From the human T2T-CHM13v2.0 reference genome, Homo sapiens, in the NCBI GenBank assembly GCA_009914755.4, contig CP068257.2:5920001-5984000 (forward strand): a DNA stretch of 64,000 nucleotides, read 5' to 3'. Within the stretch, counting starts at the first letter, position 1; each line of letters begins with the position of its first letter. The notes under the pieces were generated by a model that was given only the letters and a program-made list of their open reading frames with translations, had not been told where the DNA came from and did no database searches. Below, piece by piece: positions 61,201 through 64,000 of the stretch. Both the position numbers and the translations under genes were made by a program.

Positions 61201-64000
61201 TTGATTCCATTCCATACCATTCCATTCATTTCCTTTTGATTCCATTCCATTTGATTCTATTTCATTCCATTCCATTCCACTCCACTCAATTCCATTCCAT
61301 TCAATTCAATTCCATTTCATTCCATTCCATTCAATTCTATTCGAAACCATTCCATTTGGGTCCATTCCATTCGAGTACATTGCATTCCAATCCATTACAT
61401 TCGACTCCATTCCATTCGATTCCATTCCATTCCATTTTATTTCATTCCATTGCAGTCCATTCCAATGGAGTCCATTACATTCGAGTCCATTTTATTCCAT
61501 TTTTTTCCATTCCATTCCAATCCATTCTATTCCTTTCCATTCGAGTATGTTACATTGCAGTCCATTACATTCAACTGCATTGCATTCCATTCAATTCGAG
61601 TCCATTCAATTCGAATCCATTCCATTCGAATCCATTCCATTCTAGTCCATTCCATTCCATTGCATTACATGCGACTCTATTCCATTCCATTCCATTCCAA
61701 TACATTGCATTTGATACCATCCATTCCAGTCCATTCTGTTCGAATCATTTCCATTCCATTCCATTCCATTAGATTCTATTCCATTCGATTCCATACCCTT
61801 CAATGTCATTCCATGCCATTCCATTCTATTTGATTCCATTCTATTCGATTCCATTCCATTCCATTCCATTTCTTTCCATTCCATTCGATTCCATTCCATT
61901 CCATTTGAGACCATTCCATTCGAATCTATTCAATTCGAGTCCATTCCATTCTGTTTGATTCTATCCCATGCCATTCCATACTATTCGACTCCATTCCATT
62001 CCATTGCGTTGTATTCCATTGCATTCCAATCCATTCGAGTACATTCCATTCCATTCCACTCCATGCCATGCCATTCCATTCCATTCGAGTGCATTCCATG
62101 CCATTCCATTCCTTTCCATTCAACTCGAATCCATTGCATTCCATTCAATTACATTCCATTCGTTTCCATTCCATTCCTTTCCATTCCTTTGTAGTCCATT
62201 CCATACCATTCCATTTCATTCTATTTTAGACTATTGCATTCCAGTTCTTTCAATTCCTGTCCATTTGATTCGACTCTATTCCATCAGATTACATTCCATT
62301 CGATTTTATTCCGTTCAATTCCATTGCATTCGAGTCCATTCTATTCGAGTCCATTACATTCGATTCGATTCTATTCCATTCCAGAACATTCTATTCCATT
62401 GCTTTTCATTCCGTTTGAATCCATTCCATTCAATTATTTCATTTCGATTCCATTCCATTCGAGACCATTACATTCTAGTCCATTCTTTTCGAGTCCATTC
62501 AATTCCCTTTTATTCGACTCAATTCCATTCGATTCCATTCCTTTTAATTGCATTCCTTTCGTGTCCATTCCATTGGAGACCATTCCATTCGAGTCCTTTC
62601 CATTCCACACCATTCAAGTCCATTCCATTCCTTTCCATTTGGGACCTTTGTATTTCAGTTTATTCCATTTGTGTCCATTTGATTCGATTCCATTCCATTG
62701 GATTCCATTCCATTCGACTCCCTTCCATTCGATTCCATTCCGTTATATTCCATTCCTTTTGGTTCCATTCCATTCGAATCCATTCCATTCAAGTCCATTC
62801 CATTCCAGTCCATTGCATTTGAATCCAATATATTCCATTCCAGACCATTCGATTCCATTCCATTTCATTCCATTTGAATCCTTTCCGTTCTATTCCATTC
62901 AATTCGAATACATTTCATTCCAGTCCGTTCGATTCTAGTCCATTCCTTTCAAGTCCATTCCTTTCAATTTTATTCTATTCCCTTCCATTCGATTCCACTC
63001 CTTGCGATTGCATTCCTTTCTAGTCCATTTCACTGGAGACCATTCCATTCAAGTCCATTGCATTCCATACCATTCGAGTCCATTCCATTCTTAACCATTC
63101 CATTCGAGTCCATTCCATTTGAATCCATTCCATTCATGTCCGTTTCATTCCAGTCCATTCCATTCGATTTCATTCCCTTCGACACCTTTCCATTTCAGTT
63201 CATTCCATTAATGTCCTTTTGATTTGATTCCATTCCATTAGATTCCATTCCTTTCGATTCCGTTCCATTGCAGTCCATTACATTCAAGTCCATTGAACTC
63301 CAGTCCATTATATTCGAGTCCATTCTATACCATTGCAGACCATTCCGTTCAACTTTATTCTATTCCATTCCATTCGATTCCACTCCTTTCGATTGTATTC
63401 CATTCTACTCCATTCCATTGGAGACCATTCCTTTCGAGTCCATTGCATTCCATACCATTCGAGTCCATTCCATTCTTAACCATTCCATTCTAGTCCATTC
63501 CATTCGAATGCATTCCATTCATGTCCATTCCATTCCATTCCATTCCATTCCATTCCATTCCATTCCATTCCCTTCAAGACCTTTCCGTTTCAGTTCATTC
63601 CATTATTGTCCATTCGATTCGATTCCATTCCATTAGATTCCATTCCTTTCGATTCCATTCCATTCCAGTCCATTACATTGAAGTCCATTCCGCTTCAGTC
63701 TATTACATTCAAATCCATTCTATACCATTGCAGACCATTCGATTTCATTCGATTTCATTCCATTCAAATCCGTTCCATTCATTTCCATTCAATTCGATTC
63801 CATTCTGTTCAAGACCGTTCCATTCTATTCCATTACTTTCAATTCCATTCCATTCCATTCCATTTTATTCGATTCCATTCCATTCGATTGCATTCTTTTC
63901 GATTGCATTAAATTCGAGTCTATTCTTTGGAGACCTTTCCATTCGAGTCCATTGCATTCCAGACCATTCAGGTCCATTCCATTAGAATCCATTCCATTCG
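58300..64000. repeat. Divergent satellite domain (HSat2-like or distinct HSat2/3 subfamily) built from CATTCGA(G/T)TCC / CATTCAAGTCC / GGAGACC-containing units
   Basis: From ~58,340 the CACTC variant nearly disappears. 'cgattcc', 'cgagtcc', 'cgaatcc' and 'ggagacc' become frequent. CpG/TCGA density rises. The classic HSat2 'GATGAT' signature is not evident, so the label is tentative. Confidence 0.6.

Noticed and set aside
58300-64000. Confident call of the terminal domain as classical HSat2
   Set aside because: The CGATGAT/ATCATCG signature I associate with HSat2 is essentially absent. The domain is clearly a different subfamily from upstream, but the precise name needs k-mer classification.

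Overview
The whole 64-kb window is a human (or great-ape) pentameric satellite of the HSat3/HSat2 family. The + strand reads (ATTCC)n / (CATTC)n, so the classical (GGAAT)n strand is the - strand. There are no credible protein-coding genes, RNA genes, CRISPR arrays or defence-like systems. All supplied ORFs, including 'proteins' up to 1,301 aa, are stop-codon-free translations of the 5-bp repeat. They show poly-IPFHS peptides on + and poly-MEWNG peptides on -.

The single non-satellite element is one full-length AluY on the - strand at 49,021-49,322. It has a 21-nt poly(A) tail and a 12-bp target-site duplication. The matching uninterrupted empty site survives in the neighbouring higher-order-repeat copy at about 51,965.

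The array has internal structure in six places:
- HSat3-like domain at 1-~58,300. It is rich in CATTC and CACTC and carries a recurring CpG-containing landmark motif, CCACTCGACCCCACTCC.
- A distinct divergent, CpG/TCGA-rich domain at ~58,300-64,000. It is built from CATTCGA(G/T)TCC and GGAGACC-type units and has an irregular 0.4-0.5 kb periodicity.
- Three tandem ~2.6-kb higher-order-repeat copies at 46.4-52.7 kb.
- A 398-bp block that is ~99.5% identical to a second copy 20,230 bp away (11.4 kb and 31.6 kb).
- A 280-bp module present three times, at 26.4, 26.7 and 28.2 kb.
- Several 75-145 bp local tandem duplications.

I see no novel biological system. The points of interest are about satellite evolution and the Alu insertion.
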